A DNA stretch of 64,000 nt, taken from positions 64,001-128,000 of the forward strand of contig CBDDCX010000005.1 of NCBI GenBank assembly GCA_965226375.1, in the 5' to 3' direction. Within the stretch, counting starts at the first letter, position 1; each line of letters opens with the position of its first letter. Shown here piece after piece: positions 1 to 12,236 of the stretch. The notes beneath the pieces were generated by a model. It was not told the origin of the DNA. It saw only the letters and a program-made list of their open reading frames with translations, and did not search any database. The translations under genes were made by a program, and so were the position numbers. The stretch comes from Longimicrobiales bacterium. GTDB lineage: Bacteria > Gemmatimonadota > Gemmatimonadetes > Longimicrobiales > Gaopeijiaceae.

Positions 1-1793
<1,793 letters not shown>

Positions 1794-2053
1794 TTCGTGT
1801 CGGAAGATAATCGGCTCTGGGGTCGTCTAGCAATTCAAGAAGGGAGCTCGGCTGGCTGCGTTCCCGTCCGGCGTTTGACCGGTTCTCACTCATGCCACAA
1901 AATGATCGTGCGATCGGAGCATGATCCGCTCATCACCCGACCTCGCGTCCGTGGTGGAATCTGTCCGCCTCCGAGATCCGGGAGTGCGCGAAATGATCCG
2001 CGCTCACCGACGAAAATAGACCGATGCACCGTACGGGAGTTCTTGGTATGTGG

Positions 2054-5000
2054 ATGAAAGCCGTTCATAGAGTCTTCACGGGGGTAATGCTCACCGCCTC
2101 GATGTCGGTGGGTGCCGGGAACGTCGCCGCGCAGGCCGTGACCGATCCGAATCAGATATACGATCCGGCCCTCTTTGCCGAGCTGGACTACAGGATGGTC
2201 GGGCCCTCCCGGGGCGGGCGAGTGACGGCGGTGGCAGGACACGCCGGAGCGGAGGGGACCTTCTACATGGGGGCCGTCGGCGGGGGAGTCTGGAAGACGA
2301 CCGACTACGGCCAGAGTTGGTGGAACGTGTCGGACGGGTACTTCGCCACCGGCTCGATTGGGGCCATTCGCGTGGCCCCGTCCAATCCACGGGTGGTATA
2401 CGTGGGTACGGGCTCGGACGGCATCCGGAGCAATGTCATCGCTGGCAGAGGCGCCTACCGATCCGACGATGCGGGTAGGACCTGGAGCGACATCGGGCTC
2501 CGCGATATGGGCCAGATCGGTGCGCTCGTCATCCACCCGAGGAATCCCGACCTGCTGTATGTCGCGGCCCTGGGTCACGCCTTCGGACCGAATCCCGACC
2601 GAGGGGTCTACCGAAGCAGCGACGGTGGATCCAGCTGGGATCACGTGCTCTTCACGTCCGATTCGGTAGGGGCGATCGACCTGGAAATGCACCCCACCGA
2701 CTCCAACACGCTCTATGCGGCCATGTGGCGTGGCGAACGCAAACCATGGACCATCATCAGCGGGATGGAGGCATCCGGGCGGGAAGACGGGATCTGGCGC
2801 TCGCGGGACGGCGGGGACACCTGGAGCTTCATGGACGTAGGTCTGCCCAACGGACTCATCGGCAAGATCGATCTCGCGGTGTCCATGGACGATCCGGACC
2901 GCGTCTACGCGCTTGTCGAGACCAAAGAGCCCGAGGAAGGGCTTTACCGTTCCGACGATGTCGGGAGCACCTGGCGGATGGTCACGGACCACAAACGGTT
3001 GATGGATCGGCCCTTCTACTACACCAACATCGATGCCGACCCGACGGACGCCGATGTCGTCTACGTGAATGCGACCCAATTCTGGAAGTCCACCGACGGC
3101 GGCACGACCTTCGTACAGCGCTCGACTCCGCACGGAGACAATCACGACATGTGGATCAACCCGATCGATCCCCTGGTCATGGTGCAGTCGAACGACGGCG
3201 GAGCAAACGTTACCCGGGATGGCGGGGTGACCTGGTCTACCCAGTCCAACCAGCCCACCGCGGAGCTGTGCCAGGTCGACGTGGACGATCGGTTCCCCTA
3301 CTGGCTCTACGCGGGCCAGCAGGACAACAGCACGATCATGGTCCCCAGCAGCGTTCCCGAGGTGAGCGGCCTCTCGGGTCCCGAGAGCTACTGGATGGCC
3401 GTTGGAGGATGTGAGACTGGGCCGGTGGTCCCCAAGCCGGGTGACTCGAACATCGTATACGCGAACTGCAAGGGACGCTTCGGACGGTACAACCACAGCA
3501 CGGGCCAGGAGAAACAGTACTATGTCGGTGCCGTGAACCTGTACGGCGTCAACCCCCGGGAGCTGCCGTACCGTTTCCAGCGCGTCGTCCCCATCGAGGT
3601 CTCCCCACACGATCCCGGCACGGTGTACCATGGCTCACAGTACGTTCATCGCACTCGTGATGAAGGTGTCACCTGGGAGCAACTGAGTCCCGACCTGACC
3701 GCTTTCAGACCCGAGCGTCAAGTGATCTCTGGCACTCCCATCACTCGCGATATCACCGGGGAGGAGCACTATAGTGTGCTCTATACTATCGAGGAATCTC
3801 CGGTCGAGGCTGGAGTGATATGGACCGGCGCCAACGACGGGCCGGTCTACGTGACCCGGAACGACGGGGAAACCTGGACCGAGGTCACACTCCCTGACAT
3901 GCCCGCCGAGGGACGCATCCAGAACATCGACCCGTCGCCCCATCGGGGCGGCAGTGCTTATGTGGCCGGTTACCGCTACCTGCTGGACGACTTCCGGCCC
4001 TACATCTACCGAACGGACGACTATGGGGCGAGTTGGACACTCCTCACCGACGGGACCAACGGGATTCCCGACGACTATCCCACGCGAGTGGTGCGCGAAG
4101 ATCCCGATCGGGCAGGCCTTCTGTACGCGGGGACCGAGTTCGGAATGTTCATCTCCTTCGACGACGGGGGGCACTGGCAGTCCTTCCAGCTGGATCTTCC
4201 GGTCACGCCCATCACCGACCTGAAGATTCACAATCAGGACCTGGTGGTCTCGACCATGGGCCGATCGTTCTGGATCATGGACGACGTCACTCCGCTCCAT
4301 GAGATCGACGAGACGCTGGCCTCCGCCCAGGTCCACCTTTTTCAGCCCAAGGACGCCTACAGGGTCCGACGTAGTGGGCGGCAAGGTGGCGGCCCCGCTT
4401 CCGGGCGGCCCGAGTATCCCCAGCCGGGTGCACTCATCGACTACTATCTCGGGGACGACGTGGGGGGCGATGTGACCGTAGAGATCCTCGATCACGAAGG
4501 GAAGGTCGTACGAGGATTCACGAGTACCACCGAGGACTATCAGTACGAGGAATTCCAGGAGATGAGGGCGCCACAGGTGTCACGCTCCGGAGCTCCGCGA
4601 GTCGCTACTAGCGCCGGAATGCACCGGCTCGTCTGGGACCTGCAGTACCCCGGCGGCCTGGCCGGTCGTGGCCCTCTCGCCGTACCCGGACGCTTCGACG
4701 TCCGCCTGACCGTCGACGGTCGCAGCCAGACCCGATCATTCGAGGTCCTCATCGACCCGCGTGTGGCGCGGGACAACGTCACGTTGGCCGATATGCAGGA
4801 GCAGTTCGCCCTCAACATCCAGATCCGTGACGCCATCATCCGGGGGCGCCTGGCCGTGCAGGACATCGAGGCGGCCAAGGAGGGTTCGGAGGAGGGCAGG
4901 GAGGCCGGTGGTGATGTCGCAGAGCGGGCTCTCGCGGCGCTGGAAGCGCTGGCCGAGGTGGAGGCCGCGTTGGTCTCCAGGACGGACGGCAGCTACCAGA

Positions 5001-5153
5001 CGCCCATGCTCGTCGACCAGCTCCGCTACCTCTACTTCACGCGCCGACCAAAAGCCCGGCGAGGATGCGCACCAAAGATTGCAAGTGCTCGAGGACGAGC
5101 TAGAGCGACACATCGAGACCCTTCAGCGCATCATGCGAACGATCATCGCCTAG
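2054..5153 (+). CDS. Secreted Vps10/sortilin-like BNR (Asp-box) beta-propeller protein, putative glycosyl hydrolase; frameshift near 5035
   Basis: Signal peptide, GPSRGGRVTAV start, many SxDxGxTW Asp-boxes and HGDNHDMWINP. The natural-looking C-terminus (SRADQKPGEDAHQRLQVLEDELERH...) is in another frame ending at 5153. Confidence 0.8.
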
Positions 5154-5185
5154 GCCCCTTAGTCACGCATATCGCCCAACACCAG

Positions 5186-5352
5186 TAGGGGGCCCCGCCG
5201 AGGACGGTGTGACTGGTTGGGCCCGTGGGGTTTGGGTACCCGCCTGAGGCGCGTCTGCCGCGCAGCGGCAGTAGCGTAGCGGCGCCGAAGGGGGGTGCCC
5301 AAACCTCAAAGGGCTGGTCTCGGTTGCGTGCTGTCCCCGGCGGGGCCTCCTA
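5186..5352. repeat. 167-bp imperfect palindrome flanked by TA (MITE/REP-like element)
   Basis: Left arm TAGGGGGCCCCGCCGAGGACGG...GGGGTTTGGGTACCC pairs with right arm GGGTGCCCAAACCTC...CTGTCCCCGGCGGGGCCTCCTA. The centre carries GCGCAGC and GCGTAGC mini-hairpin motifs. Confidence 0.7.
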
Positions 5353-6618
5353 ACGCCGCACCCTTCGCTTTCTGAGCATCCGATCGAAGCCGTGGATCTT
5401 GAAGTCCAACACGTCTTCGGCATCGAGATCTGCGAAACCGAGATCCGCCAGGTCTTCGAGAAAGTCCCGGTCGACTCCATGGATCTTGAACGCGAGCGCG
5501 TCGTCCGGATCCGAAAGCGGATATCCCATCTCGGCGAGGTTATCCATCCAGCGCTTGTTTACGCCGTGGATCTTGAAGGACAAGAGATCGTCGAAGTCCA
5601 TCCGGCCGAAGCCCAGGTCGTCGATCTCTGCCACGAAGTCCCGAGTGATCCCATGGATGGACATGGACATGAGGTCGTCGAAACTCAAAGGCCCGAAGCC
5701 CAGATCGCGGGCGTCGCGAGCCAGGTCGGCGTCCACACCATGGATTTTCACGGCCATTAGCTCGTCGGCATCCAGTTCGCCGAAACCCAGGTCGAGTGTC
5801 TCCTGGATGAACTCCGCGTCGATGCCATGGACGCGAAAGGCCACAGCATCGTCCGCGTCGTCGAAGTCGAAACCCTCGGCCTCCATGGAGCGGAGCCACT
5901 CGGCGGAAACGCCATGGATCTGCATGGCTACAAGATCGTCCGCGCTCAAACGTCCAAAGCCGAGGCCGCGCATCTCGTCGATGTCGCTGCGATCCAGTCC
6001 ATGGACGCGGAAGGCGATCAACTCGTCGAAATCCATGTTCCGTAGGCCCAGGTCCGCCATCTCAGCGGCGAACGTGCCACTGACGTCGAAGATGGCGGCG
6101 GCGATCACGTCATCGAAGTCGAGATTCCTGAATCCGGCTGCCTGCAGCTCGTCCACGAACCGTGGATCGACATCGTGCATCGCTGCTGCGAACATGTCCC
6201 GATCGGACAGGCTCCTGAATCCGAGATCGACCATGACATCCCCATACCGGGGATCGGGCGTGAAGGTGAAGTCGCCAGACCCCCTGTTGCGTCGTAGTCG
6301 GCCCTCGAACACGATGGTGCCTGCGGCGCGCACGAGCTCGAAATGGACGTCGCCTCCATTCCCCTCCGCCAGGTCGATCATGTCATCGACGACGTTGGCC
6401 GACAGCGTCATCGAGGAGTGGTTCCGCCACCGGTCTTCCCACACGCTGAGTTGGATCCGAGTACGTTCGGGCTCACCTCGGTAGAGTCTCGCGTTCCAGG
6501 ATCCCTCGATGACCTGTTCTTGAACAGCTGCCGTCGTGGTCTTGCCGCTGAGGTCCGCTTGATTCGTCACAACCCCAAGGAGCACCAAGGCGCAGCCGGT
6601 AAACCGTCGCTTACTCAT
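5350..6618 (-). CDS. Secreted acidic protein with about ten 29-aa repeats ending in (K/R)(I/V)HG
   Basis: ATG at 6618 after GAGGGG; signal peptide MSKRRFTGCALVLLG; repeats such as GVDRDFLEDLADLGFADLDAEDVLDFKIH. Confidence 0.85.
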   Translation of the reverse strand: MSKRRFTGCALVLLGVVTNQADLSGKTTTAAVQEQVIEGSWNARLYRGEPERTRIQLSVWEDRWRNHSSMTLSANVVDDMIDLAEGNGGDVHFELVRAAGTIVFEGRLRRNRGSGDFTFTPDPRYGDVMVDLGFRSLSDRDMFAAAMHDVDPRFVDELQAAGFRNLDFDDVIAAAIFDVSGTFAAEMADLGLRNMDFDELIAFRVHGLDRSDIDEMRGLGFGRLSADDLVAMQIHGVSAEWLRSMEAEGFDFDDADDAVAFRVHGIDAEFIQETLDLGFGELDADELMAVKIHGVDADLARDARDLGFGPLSFDDLMSMSIHGITRDFVAEIDDLGFGRMDFDDLLSFKIHGVNKRWMDNLAEMGYPLSDPDDALAFKIHGVDRDFLEDLADLGFADLDAEDVLDFKIHGFDRMLRKRRVRR

Positions 6619-6786
6619 TGCCCATCCCCTCGTTATGGTGTGGCGGGCTGGACCGGTAGGCTCATCGAGCTGCCGAAGTGTCACCGGTGGACGTACGTCG
6701 TCTCCCGCCGCCTTCTTCTTCGATGACGCGGAGGCGTTGTTTGTTGGGAGGTACTGCGGGAGGGGTCGGCACCGGGGAAGCCGAGC

Positions 6787-7251
6787 TTACTGCGTGGCGA
6801 AAATGAAGGTGTAGGTCTCGCCCAACTCGAACTTCGCATTGTTCGGGATCAGGTCCAGGAGGGCCATCCCGAGGGCCCGATCCGATGTGGTGATGGAGAT
6901 ACCGATCAGACCTCGCACCGACGGGTTACCAGGCATGCCGCCGGGGAGGATCCAGTGCTCCCAATCGAGTTGGTATCTCTCGCGATCGAAGGCGAAGTTG
7001 GCGGGCAACAAGTCGACCAACTCCGGGGGTACGACGCCCGCGTCGGTATCGTCGGGCCAAGGGTTGTTCTCGATGGACAGGCGGGTCGCCGCTTCCTCCA
7101 CGACGCTGAACGAGGCCCTCACCTCCGTAGCACGGGCCCTTGTCAGGACCTCCTGCATCTGTGGGATCGCGATACGGGTCAGAACGCTTACGATCATCAT
7201 AACCGTGACCGCCTCGACCAAGGTGAAGCCCCGACGCTGCTTCTGGCCCAT
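6787..7251 (-). CDS. Type IV pilin/pseudopilin-like protein with prepilin cleavage site
   Basis: N-terminus RRG|FTLVEAVTVMMIVSVLTRIAIP is a class III signal with G-1, F+1, E+5 and P22. Confidence 0.85.
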   Translation of the reverse strand: MGQKQRRGFTLVEAVTVMMIVSVLTRIAIPQMQEVLTRARATEVRASFSVVEEAATRLSIENNPWPDDTDAGVVPPELVDLLPANFAFDRERYQLDWEHWILPGGMPGNPSVRGLIGISITTSDRALGMALLDLIPNNAKFELGETYTFIFATQ

Positions 7252-7817
7252 CAGTCGATCACCGCGAGGTCGAGGATGTCGGCGCCCTCGGCTACGAAGT
7301 CGTCCATGGGCTCCACGGACGAGTACGAGAGGATGACCCTAGAGGTGCGTCCCAGAATCCGGTAGTCGCGGTCGGTGAGTCGGATGTACTCCATGCCTTG
7401 GAAGACCGGACCGGCATCTTCGAGATCCACGGGCACGCGCCCCGTGTCGATGCGGTACTGCTCGATCTTCTGGGCCTGGAAGTACATGACCAGCCTCAGT
7501 GTCGCCTCTTCCTGTTCGGTGGGAGGAGGCCCAGGCGTCGGGACGCGCAACACGTCGGGCGGCCACGTCCAGATCCAGATGGTAATGGCCGTGGCGAGGG
7601 CGAGCGCCACATGCCTGCGACCGTACCCCTGCCTCCCTGCGAGTACCACACGAGCCTCTTCCTCGTGCTCGGCTTTCTCGCTCTGCTCGCGCATGACCGC
7701 AGCCAACACGGCATCGCGCTCGCGGGCCTGGCTGATCTCCACATCAAGGATCCCAGCTTCTTCAGGCTGTTCGCTCGCCGGCTGAAACTCCGGGTCGTCG
7801 GGCCTGTTCGGCTTCAT
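7251..7817 (-). CDS. Hypothetical single-pass membrane protein with a pseudopilin-head-like C-terminus
   Basis: ATG at 7817 after GAGGG; one TM helix (VALALATAITIWIWTW); stop overlaps the pilin start (TGATG). Confidence 0.7.
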   Translation of the reverse strand: MKPNRPDDPEFQPASEQPEEAGILDVEISQARERDAVLAAVMREQSEKAEHEEEARVVLAGRQGYGRRHVALALATAITIWIWTWPPDVLRVPTPGPPPTEQEEATLRLVMYFQAQKIEQYRIDTGRVPVDLEDAGPVFQGMEYIRLTDRDYRILGRTSRVILSYSSVEPMDDFVAEGADILDLAVID

Positions 7818-7952
7818 CCCTCGCCTCGTTGACGTGCTTAGACTAAAACGCCTCCCTGAAGCCATTCTCGAATGGCTCCAAGGGAAGCATCCCCAATCAA
7901 AGATAAACACCCTTCTCGCGCCACGCACCAAACTTTTTTTCCGGTGTGCCCT

Positions 7953-9635
7953 CTAGGTCGCGAGTTTCTTGTACTTGATGCGGTGAGGCTGATCGGCCTC
8001 CGCCCCGAGTCGCCGGCGTCTATCCTCCTCATATTCCTGGTAGTTACCCTCGAACCAGACCGCCGTGCTGTCGCCCTCGAAGGCCAGAATGTGGGTCGCG
8101 ATCCGGTCGAGGAACCAACGATCATGGGAGATGACCATGACCGATCCCGCGAAAGAGAGCAGCGCCTCCTCGAGGGCACGCAACGTGTCGACGTCGAGAT
8201 CGTTTGTGGGCTCGTCGAGGAGAATGAGGTTCCCACCTTCCTTCAAGAGTTTGGCCAGGTGCAGGCGATTGCGCTCCCCGCCCGAGAGCACTCCAACCTT
8301 CTTTTGTTGATCCGAGCCTCGGAAGTTGAACCAGGACAGGTAGGCACGCGGGTTCACCTCGACCCGGCCGAACTGGAGAATCTCCACGCCCTCGGAGACT
8401 TCCTCGAAGACCGTCTTGTCTGGATCGAGGTCCATTCTCGACTGATCGACGTAGGCGAGCTGAACGGTTTGCCCCAGGCGAACCGCCCCGTCATCCGGCT
8501 CTTCTTGTCCGGTGATCATTCGGAAGAGAGTCGTCTTGCCCGCGCCGTTGGGGCCGATAATGCCCACAATTGCTCCCGGGGGGAGCGAAAAGGAAAGATT
8601 CTCGAGGAGCAGGACCTCACCGTAACCCTTCTTTACCCCGTCACAGAGAACGACATCGTTGCCCAAGCGAGGGCCCTTCGGGATGAGGATTTCGGCGGTT
8701 TTGATCTGCTCACGCTCGTCTTGGGCCAGGAGATCCTCATACGCACCGATGCGCGCTTTCCCCTTGGCGTGGCGAGCCCGAGGGGCCATGCGGATCCACT
8801 CCAGCTCTCGCTCCAGCGTGCTCTGTCGGGTTGAGGCCTGCTTCTCCTGGACTCGCAACCTCTCGCTCTTTTGCTCGAGCCACGAGGAGTAGTTGCCCTT
8901 CCAGGGGATCCCTTCGCCGCGGTCCAGCTCGAGAATCCACTCGGCGACGTTGTCGAGGAAGTACCGGTCGTGCGTGATGGCGACGATGGTTCCTGTGAAC
9001 TCTGCCAGGTATCGCTCGAGCCACGCGACCGACTCGGCGTCCAGGTGGTTGGTGGGCTCGTCCAGCAGCAGCATGTCGGGCTCCTCGAGAAGCACACGGC
9101 ACAGGGCCACACGTCTGTTTTCACCACCGGAGAGTGTTGTCACGTCCGTATCCGGAGCAGGCAGACGCAGAGCATCCATGGCGATCTCCACCCTGCGATC
9201 GAGGTCCCATGCGTTCGAGGCATCGATGCGGTCTTGGAGGCGTGACTGCTTCGCGATGAGCGCCTCCATTTCGTCGTCGCTCATGGGCTCGGCGAATTTC
9301 ATGCTGACCGCCTCGAACTGTTTGAGGAGATCGCGGGTCTCACGGACGCCCTCCTCCACGTTGCCCCTAACGTCGAGCGTGGGGTCGAGCTCCGGCTCCT
9401 GCGGCAGGTAGCTGACACGGGTGCCCTTCGCGGCCCAGGCCTCTCCCAGGAAGTCGTCATCGAGCCCGGCCATGATGCGTAACAGGGTGCTCTTGCCGGA
9501 TCCGTTGGGTCCAACGACGCCGATTTTCGCCCCGTGGAAGAAGGACAGCCAGATGCCCTTGAGGATCTCACGCTTGGGGGGAACCAGCTTGCGCAGGTCC
9601 TTCATGACGTAGATGAACTGCTCGTTGCCCATCAT
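7953..9635 (-). CDS. ettA: Energy-dependent translational throttle ABC-F protein EttA
   Basis: Two ABC domains (GPNGSGKST, GPNGAGKTT, LSGGE, LLDEPTN), N-terminal ILKGIWLSFFHGAKIG and C-terminal PHRIKYKKL typical of EttA. Confidence 0.95.
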   Translation of the reverse strand: MMGNEQFIYVMKDLRKLVPPKREILKGIWLSFFHGAKIGVVGPNGSGKSTLLRIMAGLDDDFLGEAWAAKGTRVSYLPQEPELDPTLDVRGNVEEGVRETRDLLKQFEAVSMKFAEPMSDDEMEALIAKQSRLQDRIDASNAWDLDRRVEIAMDALRLPAPDTDVTTLSGGENRRVALCRVLLEEPDMLLLDEPTNHLDAESVAWLERYLAEFTGTIVAITHDRYFLDNVAEWILELDRGEGIPWKGNYSSWLEQKSERLRVQEKQASTRQSTLERELEWIRMAPRARHAKGKARIGAYEDLLAQDEREQIKTAEILIPKGPRLGNDVVLCDGVKKGYGEVLLLENLSFSLPPGAIVGIIGPNGAGKTTLFRMITGQEEPDDGAVRLGQTVQLAYVDQSRMDLDPDKTVFEEVSEGVEILQFGRVEVNPRAYLSWFNFRGSDQQKKVGVLSGGERNRLHLAKLLKEGGNLILLDEPTNDLDVDTLRALEEALLSFAGSVMVISHDRWFLDRIATHILAFEGDSTAVWFEGNYQEYEEDRRRRLGAEADQPHRIKYKKLAT

Positions 9636-9827
9636 AGAATCCGGTTCACGCGGGGGTTACAGACCTGTGGGGGCACAATCTAAGCACACTGCGTCGGTCG
9701 TGGAATCGGAAGGCGGTGTCGAGCTGGGAGAGGGTTGTTGATACTTCTCATCAACGCAGTAGACTCCCACGGGTCGATTGCGATCGCGAGAGACGTTTTG
9801 GTGTCGAATCGGGGGTCAGGAACCCAG

Positions 9828-11087
9828 TTGATAGGAATCGTCGGGGGAGGCGTTTCGGGCCTCGTGCTCGCTCACGAACTCGTCTGCCTTGGAGCCGAGG
9901 TCCTGCTCTGGGAGGCGTCCGAGAGGCCTGGCGGCGTGCTCTGGTCTCGGGACTGCGGGGGAGTGCAGGTGGAGTTGGGACCACAGAGAGCCCGACTTAC
10001 AGATGGATTTCGACGTCTCGTAGAGGCCGTAGGTCTATCCGAAGAGTTGGTCACGGCGCCGGTGGATCTTCCGCTGTTCGTCTACACTCGTGGGAAGCTC
10101 AGGACGGCCCCCCTGTCCTTGCGGCAGGCTATCTCTACGGACTTGCTCCCGCTGTCGAGCAAGGTGCGGATCCTGACGGAGCCGTTCCGCTCGGGGCCCG
10201 GGCCCGAGGAGACGGCGGGCGCGTTCTTAAGAAGAAAGTTCGGGGAGACGGCGTACCGGGACCTTCTCGGACCCCTCTACGGAGGACTATACGGGTCCGA
10301 TCCGGATCGCATGCCGGCAAGGCACGCACTCGCGCGCACGTTGAAGAATATGGGCGTGGGTCGGAGCATTCTCTGGAGAATGATCCGTGCAAGTGGCCAA
10401 GCCGATGAAGCTCCGCCCTGTTCGTTTCGTGACGGTCTGGCCGCCCTGCCGCGGGCTCTCCAAGCTCACTTGGGGGACAGGGTGCAGTTGGACAGCCCAG
10501 TTCGTACTCTTCGGGAGAGCGGAGATGGGTGGGAGGTCGTGCTCGACGGGGAGGGGAGGGTGCAGGTCTCCCACGTGGTGCTGACCTGCCCTGCGGACCA
10601 GGCCGCGAAGATCGTCGAGCACGTCTGCCCCCAGGGGGCGAAGACTCTCGCCGGAATCCGGTACAACCCGCTGGCTGTGGTGCACATGCGATCCCAGGCC
10701 GATCTTCACGGCCTCGGTTACCAACTGGCGTTGGGAGAACCGTTCGAGACCCGAGGCGTAACTTGGAACCACAGCCTCTTCAGACGCTCGGGACTCTATA
10801 CGGCGTACCTGGGTGGAATGAAGAACCCGGCTATGGTTGACAGACCCGACGACGAGATCGGCCGGATCGCGTGCCGGGAATTCGAGACCGTGACGGGGCA
10901 TGCGGCGGAGACGCTGATGGTTTCCCGAACCAGGATGCCGGCTTGGGACGAGAGTTGGAACGCGATGCCGGACTTGGACCTACCGGTCGGATTGCACCTC
11001 TGCTCCAACTATTCGGCCCGGCCGGGCATAGCCGGCCGCATCGTCGAGGCTCAACGGCTGGCCCGCAGCCTCAGTCCGCCGCGTTGA
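9828..11087 (+). CDS. hemG: FAD-dependent (co)protoporphyrinogen oxidase, HemY-type
   Basis: Probable TTG start at 9828 giving MIGIVGGGVSGL (GxGxxG); EASERPGG, ELGP, GPLYGGLYGSDP, SFRDGL; adjacent to a ferrochelatase. Confidence 0.85.
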   Translation: MIGIVGGGVSGLVLAHELVCLGAEVLLWEASERPGGVLWSRDCGGVQVELGPQRARLTDGFRRLVEAVGLSEELVTAPVDLPLFVYTRGKLRTAPLSLRQAISTDLLPLSSKVRILTEPFRSGPGPEETAGAFLRRKFGETAYRDLLGPLYGGLYGSDPDRMPARHALARTLKNMGVGRSILWRMIRASGQADEAPPCSFRDGLAALPRALQAHLGDRVQLDSPVRTLRESGDGWEVVLDGEGRVQVSHVVLTCPADQAAKIVEHVCPQGAKTLAGIRYNPLAVVHMRSQADLHGLGYQLALGEPFETRGVTWNHSLFRRSGLYTAYLGGMKNPAMVDRPDDEIGRIACREFETVTGHAAETLMVSRTRMPAWDESWNAMPDLDLPVGLHLCSNYSARPGIAGRIVEAQRLARSLSPPR

Positions 11088-12108
11088 GGCAGAACGTTTT
11101 CGGCGTTGCACGGCACAGACAGCGCCGCAGGCCGAGCTCTCCCATGATGGGCTCGGGCCTAAGGGCGTCTTCCACCAGGTCGGCAAGTAGGGCGGTGAAG
11201 CGGGGGTCGGCGTGGGGGATCGGGACACGGTAAAAATCCAGACCCCGGGCCTCTGTGACCTCCCGGAGCTCATGGTCCAACTCGGATAGTGTCTCGGACT
11301 GTTCGTGCATGAAGCTGAGCGGCTCGACTACCACGCGGGCTCCCTCGAGCTTCTGCACCACTTGCTCGACCTCCGGCTCGGTCCATTTCACCCCTCGGTT
11401 TGCGTGGTTTTGGTATCCCAACACGTAGTCGGTGGTGCCCAACTCACGGGCGATCATACGACAAGCTTCCTCCACATAGTTCACGTATCGAGGTCCGCTC
11501 TCGATGTACTTGAGAGGGGTGCCGTGCGCCGAGAACACGAGTCTCGTGTCCGCAGCGTGTAGATCGACGCCCTGCTGCTTCACGAACTCCAGAATGTTGT
11601 CGGCCCGGAACCACAGGTAGTCGGGGTGACGGTGCCATCCCGTGATCTCCCGAATGGGGACGTCCCAGTCGAGTTCCTCGAGAGCGGCGTTCACGTCGTC
11701 GAGTGCCGCAATCGTGGTCGACATGCCGCAGAGGGGATAGAGCGGTAGAGCGATCAGATTCTCCACGGCGTCTGAATGCGCCTCGTGCACGGCCGCGCCG
11801 ATGGATGGGGCGGTGAACTGCATGCCGGAATAGCACTTCACGTCGATCCCCCGCCGTCTCAGCGCGAGTTCCACCATACGGACCTGTTTACGGGCCTGTT
11901 GGTTGAGCGGAGATCCGCCGATCTGTTCATACACCGCGATCAAGCCTGGGGCCCGGGCATCGGCAAGCTGCCGAGCCCGTTGTGCTCCACTCTTCTTTGA
12001 TTCCAGGGCGGCGTTCCGAAGGAAGATCCGCTCCAGATATGGTACGACCTCTTCCAGCGTGCCTTGCTCGGGCTCTCCGAAATTGAGGATCAGAACACCG
12101 GTCGTCAT
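11071..12108 (-). CDS. hemH: Ferrochelatase
   Basis: GVLILNFGEP, YEQIGGSPL, PLYP, LVFSAHGTP, WTEP and HEQSETLSELD motifs. Confidence 0.93.
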   Translation of the reverse strand: MTTGVLILNFGEPEQGTLEEVVPYLERIFLRNAALESKKSGAQRARQLADARAPGLIAVYEQIGGSPLNQQARKQVRMVELALRRRGIDVKCYSGMQFTAPSIGAAVHEAHSDAVENLIALPLYPLCGMSTTIAALDDVNAALEELDWDVPIREITGWHRHPDYLWFRADNILEFVKQQGVDLHAADTRLVFSAHGTPLKYIESGPRYVNYVEEACRMIARELGTTDYVLGYQNHANRGVKWTEPEVEQVVQKLEGARVVVEPLSFMHEQSETLSELDHELREVTEARGLDFYRVPIPHADPRFTALLADLVEDALRPEPIMGELGLRRCLCRATPKTFCLNAAD

Positions 12109-12236
12109 GGCCAGTCACTTTTGATTGTGTAAGGAGGGGCCCATTCCGGACCCTCCTCCTTCGAGATCATGCGATGGAAGCTCGGCTTGTCAGCCAGAAC
12201 CGTGATAGACCTGGTGACCGGCTGGGAAGTCGAAGA

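Noticed and set aside
1890..2020. Repeated ATGATC motifs between thiC and the BNR gene as operator sites
   Set aside because: Short and irregularly spaced; not distinguishable from chance.
5186..5352. Integron attC site or 6S RNA
   Set aside because: The RYYYAAC/GTTRRRY boxes are not in attC order and no integrase is present; no 6S-like central bubble or typical context.
1886..6484. Long antisense ORFs (581, 286 and 361 aa) and similar ones across the window
   Set aside because: Expected shadows of GC-rich coding sequence, with no recognisable motifs.
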